A program made the position numbers and the translations under genes. From Macrostomum lignano (lineage: Eukaryota): a DNA stretch of 64,000 bases. Shown here piece after piece: positions 11,338 through 23,878 of this stretch. The first letter of the stretch is position 1; the number at the start of each line of letters is the position of its first letter. The DNA lies in assembly GCA_002269645.1 (NCBI GenBank), contig NIVC01001935.1:1-64000 (forward strand). The letters run 5' to 3'. The notes beneath the pieces were generated by a model. The model had not been told where the DNA came from, searched no databases, and saw only the letters and a list, made by a program, of their open reading frames with translations.

Positions 11338-12857
11338 ATGGCTTCTAACCGAAGTAACAAACCGGCTGTGGATGACACAGTGCCTCCGGCCTCGGCTGGG
11401 GCCGTGGACTCCTCGGCCATACCACCTGCTACCATCGGGGACGCCTCGGCGAGACCCGTGGAGCCAACTCTGAGCGGTGCCTCCGAGAAGACACCTGCTA
11501 CTCCAGCTGCTAAGAAACGCAGCACCACCTCTGGAGCTGCCCGCCGTCGACTTAACAAGGCGAGGCGGGCCAAGGAGGGCGGAAGCCAAACCGGTGCCAG
11601 GGGCCAACGGCCCGCGGCAGCGGAAGCTTCCCAGTCTGGGGCGGTGGCGGAAGAGGGCCTCGAGCCCACGGAAGCCCCTGCCCAGGATAGGGAGGCCGAT
11701 GCAGCCGGGAGGGTGGACAGCCCACCTGAAGAAAGCTCCACTGACCCCCGGGCCTCCTACGCTGATGCGGCAAAGAGGCAACCGGCGGTTGTCATCCTGG
11801 GAAAGGACGCGCGCCTGTCTCCCGATCAGCTGAAGCAGGTGAGAAGTGCCGTTGATGGCCTCCTGTGGAAGCAAACTCTGAAGGGCACGCCTCTGAACAT
11901 TCATTCGAATGCGACGAGGGACTCGTGCCTTCTCATTTGGCCCAGTGATGCTGACTCGGGTCGGCGGCTCCTTGAGCTGCTGCCCGAGCAGAGCTGGGAC
12001 CTCAACCTAGCCTTCTGCAGAGAGGACGAGCGCCCCCGGACCAAGAGGCATCGAATCTGGGTCCCGGCCAGGAGCGTTGTTACCTCTGCTGACGAGCTCC
12101 GGAAAGGACTGCTAGCAGTCAACCGGGAGCTTCCCGCCGCGGGCCTTGTGGTGCATGACACCCTTAAGCGCACCGACGGCACTGGCTTCACAGCCATCCT
12201 GGGGCTGTCGGACGCCTGGATGAGGCGTTATCCACACGGCAGCTTCATCAACGTCGGCCTTTGGAAGCTGCGCATCCGCTCCTACGAGGCCGACCCTCCC
12301 GTGGCAGTGAGCAGGGCGGGCGGGATGCGGAGGCGGCCGGGGCCGAGGCGCAAGCCTCTGCTCAGACTGCCAAAGCAAACCGCCCTGCCCGGCAGCACGG
12401 CCGCGCGGGCAAAGCTGAGCGCGCTGCTGAGGGCGGAGGCGACCGACGCCCGGCGCGCAGCACCAAGCGGCGCGGCCTGTACCAGCGTGCAGCTGAGGCA
12501 GTCCGTACCGCCAAAATCTCCCAGCTGAGGCGAGAGGTCGCCGGGACGCCTAGGCGCACCAGTTCGTCCAGGGAGGGTGGGGACGTCCCAGCTGGGCCCA
12601 ACCCCTCGGGGCAGGGCCGACTGGAGACGGACCCGCCTGCCCAGGCGGCTGGCTGCTCCAGGGCATTGGGCCAATCTGAGGCGGAGGACCCCATGGATGG
12701 TGGGCAAAGGGCGGCGAACGCTGCCTACTGCCTTCCGGCCAATCGGGGGCCTTTTGCTGAAGAAGAGCCCATGGACACCGGCGACCCCGACCCGAAGCCG
12801 GTGAGCGCCGAGGAGGAGGAGGAACTCCTGGCGGCTGCAACATCCGATCTGCAATGA
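11338..12857 (+). CDS. Retrotransposon ORF1 (gag-like; probable frameshift near 12300-12360)
   Basis: ATG at 11338 with a SYADAAKR motif. A second frame (12261-12857) ends at a TGA overlapping the ORF2 ATG. Confidence 0.7.
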
Positions 12858-15800
12858 TGCCAGCGACTACCTGGTGTCTGCAGATCAACACCCAGCACTG
12901 CGTGGCGGCGTCGGTCAACCTGATGCGCACGGCAGAGCAACAGCTTCCGGGCCTGGTCTTCGTACAGGAGCCCTGGATGACTAAAGGTAAGCCAAATAAT
13001 GTGCCATCTGGCTACCACTGTTTTTGCATGGCGGGCTCTCAGCCTCGCCCAAGATCTCTGGTCTTTGCTGCAAAAGCTTTTGAGGCATGGATGAGACCTG
13101 ATCTCTCGACTGGGGACATCTGTGTTGTTCAAATCAATAACCTCATTCCCAATAAACCTGTGCTGGTAGCTTCTGCCTATTTCCCGGGCGATGCCCCAGT
13201 TGTCTGCGACGCGTTAGTCAACCTTACTGACTATGCTGCGTCCCATCGGTTCGAGCTGCTCATTGCAGGGGATGTGAACGCACACCACCTGCATTGGGGC
13301 AGCAAGAACATCAATAGCAGAGGCGAGGAGCTGCTGGCCTATGTCAGCAGCACTAACCTCAACTTCTGTAACGTGGGCAATGCACCAACGTTCAATAATG
13401 GGCGGTGGGCCGAAGTCATCGACACCACCATCGCCTCACCCGGACTGCTTTCCGCAGTTACGGGCTGGCGAGTGTGGGACGAGGACTCGCTCTCGGACCA
13501 CCGCTTTATCCGCTTTTGCATTGGGCCGACCAAGCAAAAGCCTAAGTCACTTGGAGTCGGAACGTCAGGAACACCGATTGGGCCGCCTTTGGCTCGAAGC
13601 TGAGCCGCGGCCTTCGGGATCTTGACCCCCCAGTGACCTCTCTGACTGCCAGGTGGTGGACGATCTCGCCTCCTCCCTGGGCGGGGCGATCACCACTGCC
13701 TTTGAAGCAGCCTGCCCCCTAAAGGCCTATAAAGGCAAGAAATCTGCTCCCTGGTGGAACCCAGAGCTCGGGGCCCTTCGGCGCCGAGCCAGGACCCTCC
13801 AAAGGCGAGCGCTCAAAACCAAAGACCCATCTGACAGAGAGGCCTATACCCGTGCGATCCACGAGTTTAAGGGCCAAGTCAGAAGGGCCAAGACGGCCAA
13901 GTGGCGCCAATATTGCGAAGGGCTTGAGGGCTCTCGCCCCGTAGCCCGCGTGGTTAAGGCACTCACTAATGACCGTTTTTCTAAACTCTCTGTTGTGAAG
14001 AGACCTGACGGCTCGGTCACAGAGAGTTCGGAAGAGACTCTAGAGCTCATGCTCAACAGTTTTTTCCCTAAATCTCCGACTCAGCAGGGCCCGCCCGACC
14101 ACACAGTGGGAGGGCAAGGCCTAGCAAAGTCTATGATCACCAAAGACCGCATTATTAGAGCGGCAAGGTCCTTTAACCCGTTCAAGGCGCCTGGGCCCGA
14201 CGGCATCTACCCAGCGTTCTTGCACGAGGCGGTGAAAAACCACCGCTTCCTGGACCTGCTCTGTCGTCTCCTTCGAGCTTGTATGGAGCTGGGCTATGTA
14301 CCAGTTGCATGGAGAGAGGCCCGGGTGGTCTTTATCCCCAAGCCTGGAAAGAGCGACTACCAATCGGTGAAGGCCTTCAGGCCTATCAGCCTCACTTCTT
14401 TCTGCCTCAAGCTCCTCGAGAGACTGGTGCTTTGGCGCCTACTTTCGGTCGAGCTGAAGCGCTTCCCACTCTCGCAGAACCAGCACGCCTTCCGCGCGGG
14501 CAGGTCAACCGAGAGTGCTCTCCATGTCATTGTTGACTTCCTGGAGAGGGCCGTTCTTGGCAGCGGCTTTGCCCTCTCGCTTTTCCTGGACATTGAGGGG
14601 GCCTTCGACAACGTCATCTTCGAGGCCTTTTGCAGAGCCCTGGAATCCAGGGCCACGCACCCTCACCTTGTCCGGTGGATCATGTTCATGATCCGAAACC
14701 GCACTGTTGTGGCCCACCTGAGCGGCAGCTCTCTTTCGGTGCCTGTCCTGAAAGGGGGCCCCCAGGGCGGCGTTCTCACCCCCGTTCTCTGGAACATGGT
14801 CATGGATGAGTTGCTTTGCAGTGATCTCCACGACCCCATTCTCAAGGTGGGCTATGCCGATGATGTGACCGCGATATGCGCGGGCCCCTCGGTTGATACC
14901 ATCAGAGACCTTCTGCAGGGCTTTCTGGGACGAGCGGAGCGTTGGGCAGACCAATGTGGCCTTAGACTCTCAGAGTCGAAAACCACAGCAGTCATGTTTA
15001 CCAACAAACTGCTCTGGACCATTAAGCCCCTCACCCTCTATGGAAAGAATATTTCCATGGAGAAGCAGGTCCGCTGCCTGGGCCTCACTCTGGACCACAG
15101 GCTTAACTGGACTCCGCACATTCAAACTAAAGCCAAAAAAGCCCTGGCTGTACTGGCTCAGATCAGGCGCGCCGTGGGCACCACCTGGGGGCTCACCCCC
15201 AGGAAGCTGTGGTGGATTTACACTGCCATCATCCGCCCCTCGATCAGTTACGCCAGCCTCGTGTGGGCTAGCGGCCTGAGCGTCAAGAGCAACCTCGACG
15301 CTCTCTACAAAATCCAGGGCAGAGCCTGCCGCATGACTATGGGCGCTCCACCCTCTACTCCTTTTGAAGGCATGAATGCTTCCTCTGTGCCCCTCCTTTG
15401 GATATTTATATCAAAGGAGAGGCGGCGAAGAGCACCCGGCGTCTTCTGGATGCTGGGGTGGCCTTCAAGAAAGTGCGGGCCTTTAAGAAGCGGTCGCTTA
15501 TCCCGCACTCTGACCTCTGCCTCAAGGCTCTCGAGGAGTGTGGCGGGCTCAACATCCTCACGGACTCGATCCCAGCCACCCTTCTCCTGAGCCAAAGGTA
15601 TAAGGTCACCATTCAGCCTCGACACGAGGCGAGTGACAGCTGGAGCGACTCTGAAGTCCACTGTTACACTGACGGCTCTATGAGGCATGGTCTTTCAGGC
15701 TTCGGAGCTTGCGTCTTCTTCAAGGGAGAAGTGGTGTGGAGCTACTCCCAGCACACTGGGCTCAACTCCAGTGTTTTTCAGAGCGAGGTGCTTGCCATCA

Positions 15801-16555
15801 GCTCCTGCGCGGCAGAGCTGCGCCGAAGGCAGCTTAGCGGCCGGAAATTTATTTTTCACTCTGACAGCCAAGCAGCCCTTCGGGCCCTCTGCCGCAGCAC
15901 CGCCAGCTCCAGGTCCGTCCTGGACTGCAACACCCAGCTCAACGGGCTTGCGCTAGGCAACCAGGTGGAGCTCAGATGGATCCCGGGCCACGCCGGCTTC
16001 CTCGGCAACGAGCGCGCTGACCTGCTGGCCAAGGCTGGCTCCGCCGGCGCGCTATTGGGGCCGGGCCCGGGTGCCCCCATCCCCGCCTCGGTGATCAATT
16101 CCCGCGTTAAGCGCTGGGCTGACTCCGAGCATCTCCGCAGGTGGCACGACACCCGGAATTGTAGGCAATCCCGTGCTGCCGTCCCCTGTCCCTCTCCTCT
16201 CCTGCGTAGAGCCCTCCTCAGGCTCAACCGCAGAGACCTCAGAGCAGTTAGCATGGCCCTCTCCGGGCATGGCTGCTTCTCTCGCCACCGCTTCCTTCAG
16301 GGCCAAGTACCCGAGGAGCGGTGCCCCTTCTGCCGCTCAGGCAGTGAAAACGCCGAGCATTTTATCTGCCACTGCCCGGTTTTCACCAGGGCCAGGCTTA
16401 CTCACCTCGGGCCAAACCCGGTTCTCTCCGACGTTTGCAGGCCCGAGAGCATCCCGCTGCTCGCCCGGTACCTCAGGGACACCGGACGAGCTGATTTCTT
16501 CCCCACCGTCGGTGAGGAGGACCGCGCTGCAGGCGAGACCGACGGGTCCCCCTGA
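12854..16555 (+). CDS. Retrotransposon ORF2: AP endonuclease, reverse transcriptase, RNase H, CCHC (frameshifts near 13550, 13635, 15380)
   Basis: FVQEPW, AGDVNAHH, SLSDH; PWWNPEL, KAPGPDG, FRPISLTS, GGPQGGVLTP, GYADD; CYTDGS, QSEVLA, SDSQAAL, GNERAD; CPFC...HFICHC. Confidence 0.9.
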
Positions 16556-16724
16556 GCGACACCACTTCAACGGAAGTCGTTGGTCGCCAGGGGCTAGCGG
16601 AATGGGCGGTCTCCTCCGCCTCCTCGCTGCATCCGCCGGACGCCCCCTGCAGCTAAGTCAAGTAAGTCAAGATCAAGCCTTTATTTGGATGAAGACCATT
16701 CATTATTCGACTTTTGCCAACTTA

Positions 16725-17385
16725 CGAGGGGTGCTCTGAAAGTATCCGGATGCAGCCAGATGGCTTGTTTTAGGGTTTAGATTTTTTATTATCATAAAAA
16801 AATTCGATAGTACCCCCACCCAGGAATACGCAGCAGCCATGGAACTCTCTCGTGAGCATTTTAGAGCCATGGTTTATTATGACTACAAAATGGGTTTATC
16901 ACCCCAAGAATCACTAAATCGGTTTCAAACTGTTTTCAAGACTCTGCACCATCGCGGACTACAGTTTTTGACTGGTATGTGGAATTCAGACGCGGTCGGC
17001 AGCACTCCAAGATGAGCCCCGTTGTGGCAGGCCTGCAACCGCAGTTACCCAGCAAAACATTAATGAGGCAGAGCGGCTTATCTTGGACGATCCTCGAATC
17101 ACCTACCGCTAGCTCGAGGCAAGCCTGTAGATTGGATCGGGGGCACTTAATGAGATTCTGCACCAACACCTTTGAGTGCAAAAGAGGTGTGCCCGGTGGA
17201 TCCCCCACTGCCTCACTGCTGACCAGAAACATGAACCGGAGTGGTGCCGGTTCATGTTCACCAAATTCAGCAGTGGACACCAGCGGTCTGTTTTTGCCAT
17301 TCTAACAGGTGATGAAACATGGATTTACAATTTCGACCCCGAGACAAAGCGTCAATCATCGCAGTGGTGCTTTCCCGACCAGGGT
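16725..17385 (+). mobile_element. Truncated mariner transposon (left TIR plus N-terminal half of the transposase)
   Basis: TA|CGAGGGGTGCTCTGAAAGT terminus; ATG 16839 MELSREHFRAM; EFRRGR, CARWIPHCLT and first catalytic Asp in TGDETWIY. Confidence 0.85.
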
Positions 17386-18719
17386 TTCGCCAAGCGACAT
17401 GCAAGAAGTGTGGCAAATAGGGTCACATTGCTTCAGCATGCCGTACTTTGAGTTCATCAGTGCAATGTGCTGAAATTCCAATCGACAGAATACAGACCAC
17501 AGATTTCACCTCAACTATTAACACCATAGTGTCCGTTAAAAACGAAACATTCAGAGGCTCGCTGTGGTTTAACAACTTTCACATCGGAAACCTCACGCCT
17601 TGCCACAGGATTTGGCCCTATTTGGCTCACCGAGATTCACTCATCCGTCACAAAAGTACTGAAGGTGTATGCAGGCCTCTGTTCTCGATGTAATAAAGAA
17701 TGTAGTAATGAAAAACGATGATGGCAGAAGTGTAATTGGAGCAATATTCGTAGGCCAACTTAGCGATCAAAGCAGACTTGGAATGAACTACATCAGACCT
17801 CTTCAGCTTATACCGTCGCAAGAGGTAACTTGCACTCCGGTCACATGCAGCGACATCGAAAGGTTAATTGCCAGCTTCCGTCTCAAAACTGATGCTTCTT
17901 TCAAAGGCATGTGCTATCCAGCCAGGTCACTACCGTCTTCCATGAAGACCATAGCTAGTTGAAACGGAGCTGAGGAAACTCCAGGCAGCCGGAATCATTT
18001 ACCCGGTGCAAAACCCGGTCGTCTCCTGTCCAATCGTTCTAGTGCTCAAGCCAAAAGGTTCTATTCGACTCCGTAACGCTAAATAAGATCATCGATGCTG
18101 ACCGCTACAAGCTGCCCAATTTGGAGGAAATACTGCAGAATATCCCTCATTCGAACTTCTACTCGGTAATTGATCTCCAAGACGGCTACTTACAGATGGC
18201 GTTGTCAGAAGAGAGCCAGCGACTTAAGTGCATCTCAACTCACATAAAATATTTCGCGTTCCGAAACATGCGATTTGGCACTTCCGCTACACCTCTAATT
18301 TTTCAGGAGGTAGTGGGCAAATTGCTACGAGATATTCCATGCGTTGCCTCGTAGGATGACATCATCGTCGGCACGCCAACTCTCACTGAACATCACAAAA
18401 TACTATTTCAAGTTAAAAGTCAACGCTAGCTTTGCACGGGTTCAAAATTAACGTTTGTAAGTCTCAGAAGTGTCAAAAGTTTTTGGGATTCCTACAGCAG
18501 GAAAGGAATCTTCGACCCGATCCCATACAAATGAACGCACTTGAAAACCTTCGTCAGCCGCGGACAAGGATCAACTAAGAAGTGCAATTTCTACGCTCAG
18601 ACATTATGGGTTGTTCTACAAAGACTTCTTGTTGACTATTAGACCACTAGGCATTAAAACGCGAACTTGGCACAGAAACGAAGCAGGCCTCCGTCAATAA
18701 AAAATGTTCCGAACTTCAA

Positions 18720-19776
18720 TCTAAATTTGGCTTAAAGCAGACTTAACACGAGAAAAAGAAGAAAAAAATTTCACTGCGAGAAGGCAAATCGCGCCAGTAG
18801 AGCGCGACGGGGGTTTAAAAACACCCCCTGCCACCCAAAGGGGGGGGGGCAGGCGGCGATGTACAATTAACGCGCTGGGCACTAAAGCCGGTTTGTAATT
18901 CTTCTTAAGCCTCTTAGCGAAGTTCTGGACACAGGTGAAACGCAGTCTCTGCTCGCTCTCGTAAGCGAAGTTGACAGACTTCCCTTGCGGCCGGCTGCAG
19001 TCATGGATTAAGCGAACGCCACCGTTGGACTTCGGCAGCGCACCAAGGGCGCTGACTATGCGAGGTTTGTCACCAGCAGCACAGAGACGATAACGACCGA
19101 GACGAAGCTCATTAACAATCTGATGCGCGACCCTGTCTTGGTGCTTAAAAACCGAAGAGTAGTTTTCCACCTCAACCAACTCATTGCCACGCATCTGACG
19201 ATCGGTGATGGGAAAGCCACTAGCAACGCCATCAAGGATAAAAGCCATCCGACCGGGCGGGAGATCCAGCTTGGACAACTCCGCCTGCCACTCGGCCAGA
19301 TTGAGATCAGAGGATAAAACAGGAGGAATAAAATTCGCGCTATGATCTAGTCAGTGTTGCGGTTTCTCCTCACCGCTCGATTCGTCGCGGTGGAAGGCTG
19401 CCTCAGAGTGCGCCAGGCCGCAACTTCGGCAGCGATGCAGGAACCGACGGCTCTTTCGTTCAAAGCCGTGTATCCTGTTGTAGTAGAAGCAAACCAGTTG
19501 ATTGCGCTTCTGGGCACCACCCCCCGATTGCTGCTTCTGGGGAGTCATGAGGTACGCCGCAACCAGACTCAGGTCCGAGCTGTGCGACTCCCACTTGCCA
19601 TCAGTCGCTTGGCTGAGCCGGCACTCGTCATCAAATCTCATGACACGGCTCTTGTCGAAGCCCAGGTCCAACAACTCGCCAATGCGTGCGGTGTACCTGA
19701 GATAGTCTCTGAGCTCTGCCACATCCACGCTCTGCCACGCTTTCCATGACGACGATTTCCATGATTCGGTCAACAT
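18720..19776 (-). mobile_element. DIRS-order (Ngaro-like) retrotransposon fragment: gag-like ORF and RT N-terminus
   Basis: CFYYN...RFLHRCRSCGLAH zinc-finger-like gag. SALGALPKSNGGVRLIHDCSRPQGKSVN matches the DIRS/Ngaro RT motif-1/2 pattern. No tyrosine recombinase is retained. Confidence 0.7.
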
Positions 19777-20187
19777 GCTTCACTTCAAAAGTCTGGATGA
19801 GTTCAAAGAATCCGACGCGCCACTGAAACGAATCGCCGATTTCAAAGATTCGGACATCCTACTGCTAAAAATTTTTATCACGCATGGTTGGCCTGATAAC
19901 CTACCAAAAAACATGCTGCCCTACGGCAAGGACAAGTCGGAGTACACTGTTCAAAATGGCATCGTGTTCAAGGGTATAAAAATAGTTCCTTCTACATCGA
20001 TGCGTAAGGATAAGAATGCGTAATTCCATTCCCAGAGCCAGAGCTTCCTCAAGCAAACAAGATCGAACAGATCTTGACGTCGCCAGGACATCAATCAAAT
20101 GGAATTGTAGAAAGAGTGATTTAGAAGCTCAAGATGATGCCGAAATCGTCACCTACTGAGATTGAATTGTCTGTCATTTTGTTCTAC

Positions 20188-23100
20188 TATAGCACTATGT
20201 GTTGTAGATATAACACTACAACACTACCCAGCCGTTGATTATATAAGTACGCTTCTATTATCTATGGCAGATGTTAACGATGAAATACTTTTCTACACGC
20301 TGAGCTAAGAAGCCAAAGCGGCATTCCATACCGCTAGTTTTACATTTCGTTCCACTGCAATTATTTTTTTCTTAGCTGTACCACCCGCTACAAAGTGGTA
20401 ACAGAGAGTGCGATAACAACAACTGGCTTACCTCATGATGCCCAGCAAACGCAACAAGCGGCAAACGGCGGCCACCAACTAATTTTCGACCGCTACGGAC
20501 ACCTGCGCACTCAACGCAGTAACCAAGCCAGATCGCTACCCGATACCCCACATCGGACACTTTCACCATCGACTCCACGGTTCACGAGTTTTCAGTAAGC
20601 TTGACCTAGTCAAGGCTTACCACTTTGTACCCATCGCGGCGGAGGACATAGAGAAGACTGCAGTTTGCACACCATTCAGTTCGTTTGAGTATCTGCGCAT
20701 GCCATTTGGACTGCGCAATGCAGCCAGTACCTTTCAACGATTCGTCGACGCGATTTTCTGCGACATGCCATTCGTGGTCACCTACATTGACGACATTCTG
20801 ATCCGGGAGGATCACGAGGCACACCTGCATTCCGTACTGCAACGCCTGTGCGACAACGGCCTGCGTGTTAGCCCTCACAAATGCCAATTCCATCAGATAC
20901 AATCGAGTTCCTGGGCCATCAGATTTCTGGAGACGGCACCCGACCGCTGCCCGATCGAGTGAGCGCCCTACGTGCTCTTCCTCCACCCAAGGAGAGTAGG
21001 GAGCTGCAGCGCTACCTCGGCATGTTCGGCTTTTACCAACGCAACATTCAGCACTACGCACAGCTTGTACTCCCGTGCGACAACTTGTGCACGGCACCTT
21101 CTGTTGGCTCCCAGAACACGACCAGGCATGGCGTGCGCTGCAAGACGCACTCGCTAACGCGGTCACTCGCTTTTCCGCATCCGGGAGCCAACTTCACAGT
21201 AACAGCGGATGCCAGTGCCATGGCGATCGTTGCCTGTTTGCATCAGATTGTAGACGGCGAGTCTACGCCTCTCGCGTTTTTATCGAGAAAGCTTTCGGAC
21301 ACCGAAACACAATACAGCACCTTTGATCGGCAGCTCCTTGCTATCTTCGTCGCCATCAAGGCATGGAAGCACCTGCTGCAAGGCTAGACAGTGACGGTGT
21401 TCTGCGACCACAAGCCAATTATCGTAGCCTTTGCAAGCAGCAAGGAACGCTTCTCGGACAGACAGCAGCGCCAGATGTCAGAAATCTCAGAGATTGTCAC
21501 GGAAGTGGTTCACATCGCCGGTAAAGCCAACGTCGTTGCTGATGCACTGTCCCGTCCCTCGAAAGACCCTGTGAACAACGTAACATCAGAAGTTCAGGTC
21601 GCTGCCGCACATGAGATAGCCCTAACGGACGAAGATACTCAAATGTTGCCCAGTTTTGACCTACCCACAATTGCACGCGCTCAACAGCTGGATGCAACGT
21701 TGCCATCTCAGTCCAGCACTTTCAAGTTGTTCGACATCGGATTGACTGACTGTCAACTGCTATGCGAAACGTCATACCCCAATCCGCGATTAGTCGTTCC
21801 ACCAGAGTTACAAAAACACATCTTCACATCGATTCATTCATTGGCCCATCCTGGTGTCAAGGCTAGCTGTCGATTGATCAACCATCGCTGCTTCTGGCCG
21901 GAGATCTCTCGCGATGTGCGCCGTTGGACGGAGGAATGCCTACAATGTCAAGCCAACAAGGTAACTCATCATGTACACCGAACATTACACCAGTTACCGA
22001 CTCCCTCTCAGCGATTCGCGACGGTACACATGCATATCGTCAGACCACTAACACCACCAGAGGCTAACGGTCAACAACAGCCACGTTATCTACTTACAGT
22101 CATCGACGCCTACACCCGATGGTTGAAGGCCATCCCGCTGATGGACATCTCTGCCGCATCTGTAGCGCAAGGATTCCTCAGCGCCTGGGTGTCACGCTTT
22201 GGCCCACCTCGGACGCTCATTACGGACCAGGGCGCCCAGTTTCGCGCAGAGCTCATGGCAGAGTTTACCAAGCTGTTTGGCATCCATCACATAAGAACCT
22301 CAGCGTATAACCCCGACCCAATGGCCTAGTGGAGCGAGCACACCGCTCTCTGAAGGCTGCTCTTCATGCGCGAGGTCGCTGTTGGTTGCAGCAACTACCA
22401 ATTGTCCTACTCGGGCTACGAATTCACCCTGACGATGCTGGCTACTGCCCCTTCTCCGGTGTAACAGGTGAGCAACCGATCGTACCACCGGTCGTCACAG
22501 AGGATGCCAGCCTGAGCCAACTATCCCATCGTCTTCACAATCTGTTCTACCCGTACCGTCTGCCACGCACGCGCGCAACACCGGTGCACCTTCCGGAAAA
22601 CCTACAGGGCTGCAGCCACGTCTGGCTCCGGCTCGACCGTGTCCGTAAGCCGCTGGAAGCACTCTACCAAGGTCACCGCTCACCGCTCACCTTTACACTC
22701 GACATCCACGGGACACCAACAAGCGTTGCAATCGACCGCGTTAAATCAGCACGGTTGCCCAGTCCCCAGCGCGATGAGCCTATCAAGACCTCCGATATGG
22801 ATGAGCCCATCCGAGCAAGGTTGAGACCCCGCCGTGTCACTTTTGCTTAAACTTTGTGTGGTTTATGCCCCTACGAACACTATGAACATGTTCTTGTTTG
22901 CGCATGAGGCCGTTTTCATGATGTTACTGTACCAAACCGATGCATATCTAGTTATCTTCCTTTTGAGAGGGGGGTAGTTATAGCACTATGTTGTAGATAT
23001 AACACTACAACACTACCCAGCCGTTGATTATATAAGTACGCTTCTACTTCGTATTATCTATGGCAGATGTTAACGATGAAATACAGTCCTACAACGCTAA

Positions 23101-23194
23101 GCTAAGAAGCCAGAGCGGCATTCCCTACCGCTAGTTTTACACTTCGTTCCACTGCAATTATCTGCCTTTTTTCTTAGTTGTAGCACCCGCTACA
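20188..23194 (+). mobile_element. Gag/protease-deleted Ty3/gypsy element with two LTRs (20188-20392, 22979-23194)
   Basis: 4-bp TSD CTAC (20184-87, 23195-98); PBS TGGTAACAGAG at 20396; PPT gagagggggg before the 3' LTR; degenerate RT (YIDD), RNase H and integrase; the LTRs differ by several indels. Confidence 0.88.
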
Positions 23195-23697
23195 CTACCT
23201 CTTCCCCAAAATTCAGCTCCAATTGCAATCGGATCGATCAGTTCCGGAGAGCCAAGTATTTCTAAAGCTTCCGCGTACTCTCGTCTCCTGTCAGCTACTT
23301 TCACTCAACTGCATCCACCGTCCGAGACAACAAAACCTGTTTACATTCGAGTAGAATCCAAACCAGACAAAATTCCGGAGCAGATTCAGTCTAAAGTCAA
23401 AACAAATACTTTAATCGACAGTCGACAAAGGAGAGCTCTGACCCCAAAGATCAGTCAGTGGTACACGAACCAACCGAGCCAAATACAGACTGATCGCGAT
23501 GCTCCAAAAAGAATGCACCCTGCGATTGCTCCAGTCGAACTTCGAAGGGGCAATCGCTTTCGAAAAGCACCAGGCCGATTGGCATACAATTAAAAATTCG
23601 AGCGTAAGCTTCATTTTAAAATCTCATGAGCATTTCTGACTAATCCAATCCACCTATACTAAATCTCTAAGATCAATATAACTAAATCTGAAAAGTT

Positions 23698-23878
23698 CCG
23701 GGACTCCGGCCGGATGAGGGTCGCCGATGCCTCCACTGCGGACCTGCCGACTACTGGCGGGGACTGGGCGCACCCCCAAGGCTAATCCTTGTGCTCTTTT
23801 ACCTTGGGGTTGCGATAGGGGCCTCGCGGCCTATTCGCGGCGCCTGCGCCCCCCGTCAGTAGTAAGTAAGTAAGTAAG
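23698..23878 (+). mobile_element. Short retroposed insertion (non-LTR 3' end or SINE) with (TAAG)n tail
   Basis: 15-bp TSD taaatctgaaaagtt at 23683-23697 and 23879-23893; GC-rich body. Confidence 0.85.

Larger units (their letters stand above)
10862..16670 (+). mobile_element. Full-length non-LTR retrotransposon, R1/LOA type (ORF1; APE-RT-RNase H-CCHC)
   Basis: 12-bp TSD gatcaagccttt at 10850-10861 and 16671-16682; short (aagtc)-type 3' tail; both ORFs present but with about four single-base frameshifts. Confidence 0.92.
17385..23600 (+). mobile_element. Old degenerate Ty3/gypsy element hosting two nested insertions
   Basis: CKKCGK*GHIASAC knuckle (~17400); RT remnants (IDLQDGYLQM, FGTSATPLIFQ) at 17950-18700; GWP...YTVQNG connector at 19775-20100; pol tail LRRGNRFRKAPGRL near 23540-23590. 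Confidence 0.7.

Noticed and set aside
11197-16739. Numerous overlapping antisense and alternative-frame ORFs in the LINE
   Set aside because: Expected shadow ORFs of GC-rich coding DNA, with no recognisable motifs.
23698-23878. HDV-like or hammerhead ribozyme in the short retroposon
   Set aside because: The gcctccactgcgg and ggctaat motifs are suggestive, but I could not build consistent P1, P2 and P3 pairings, and there is no CUGAUGA...GAAA core.
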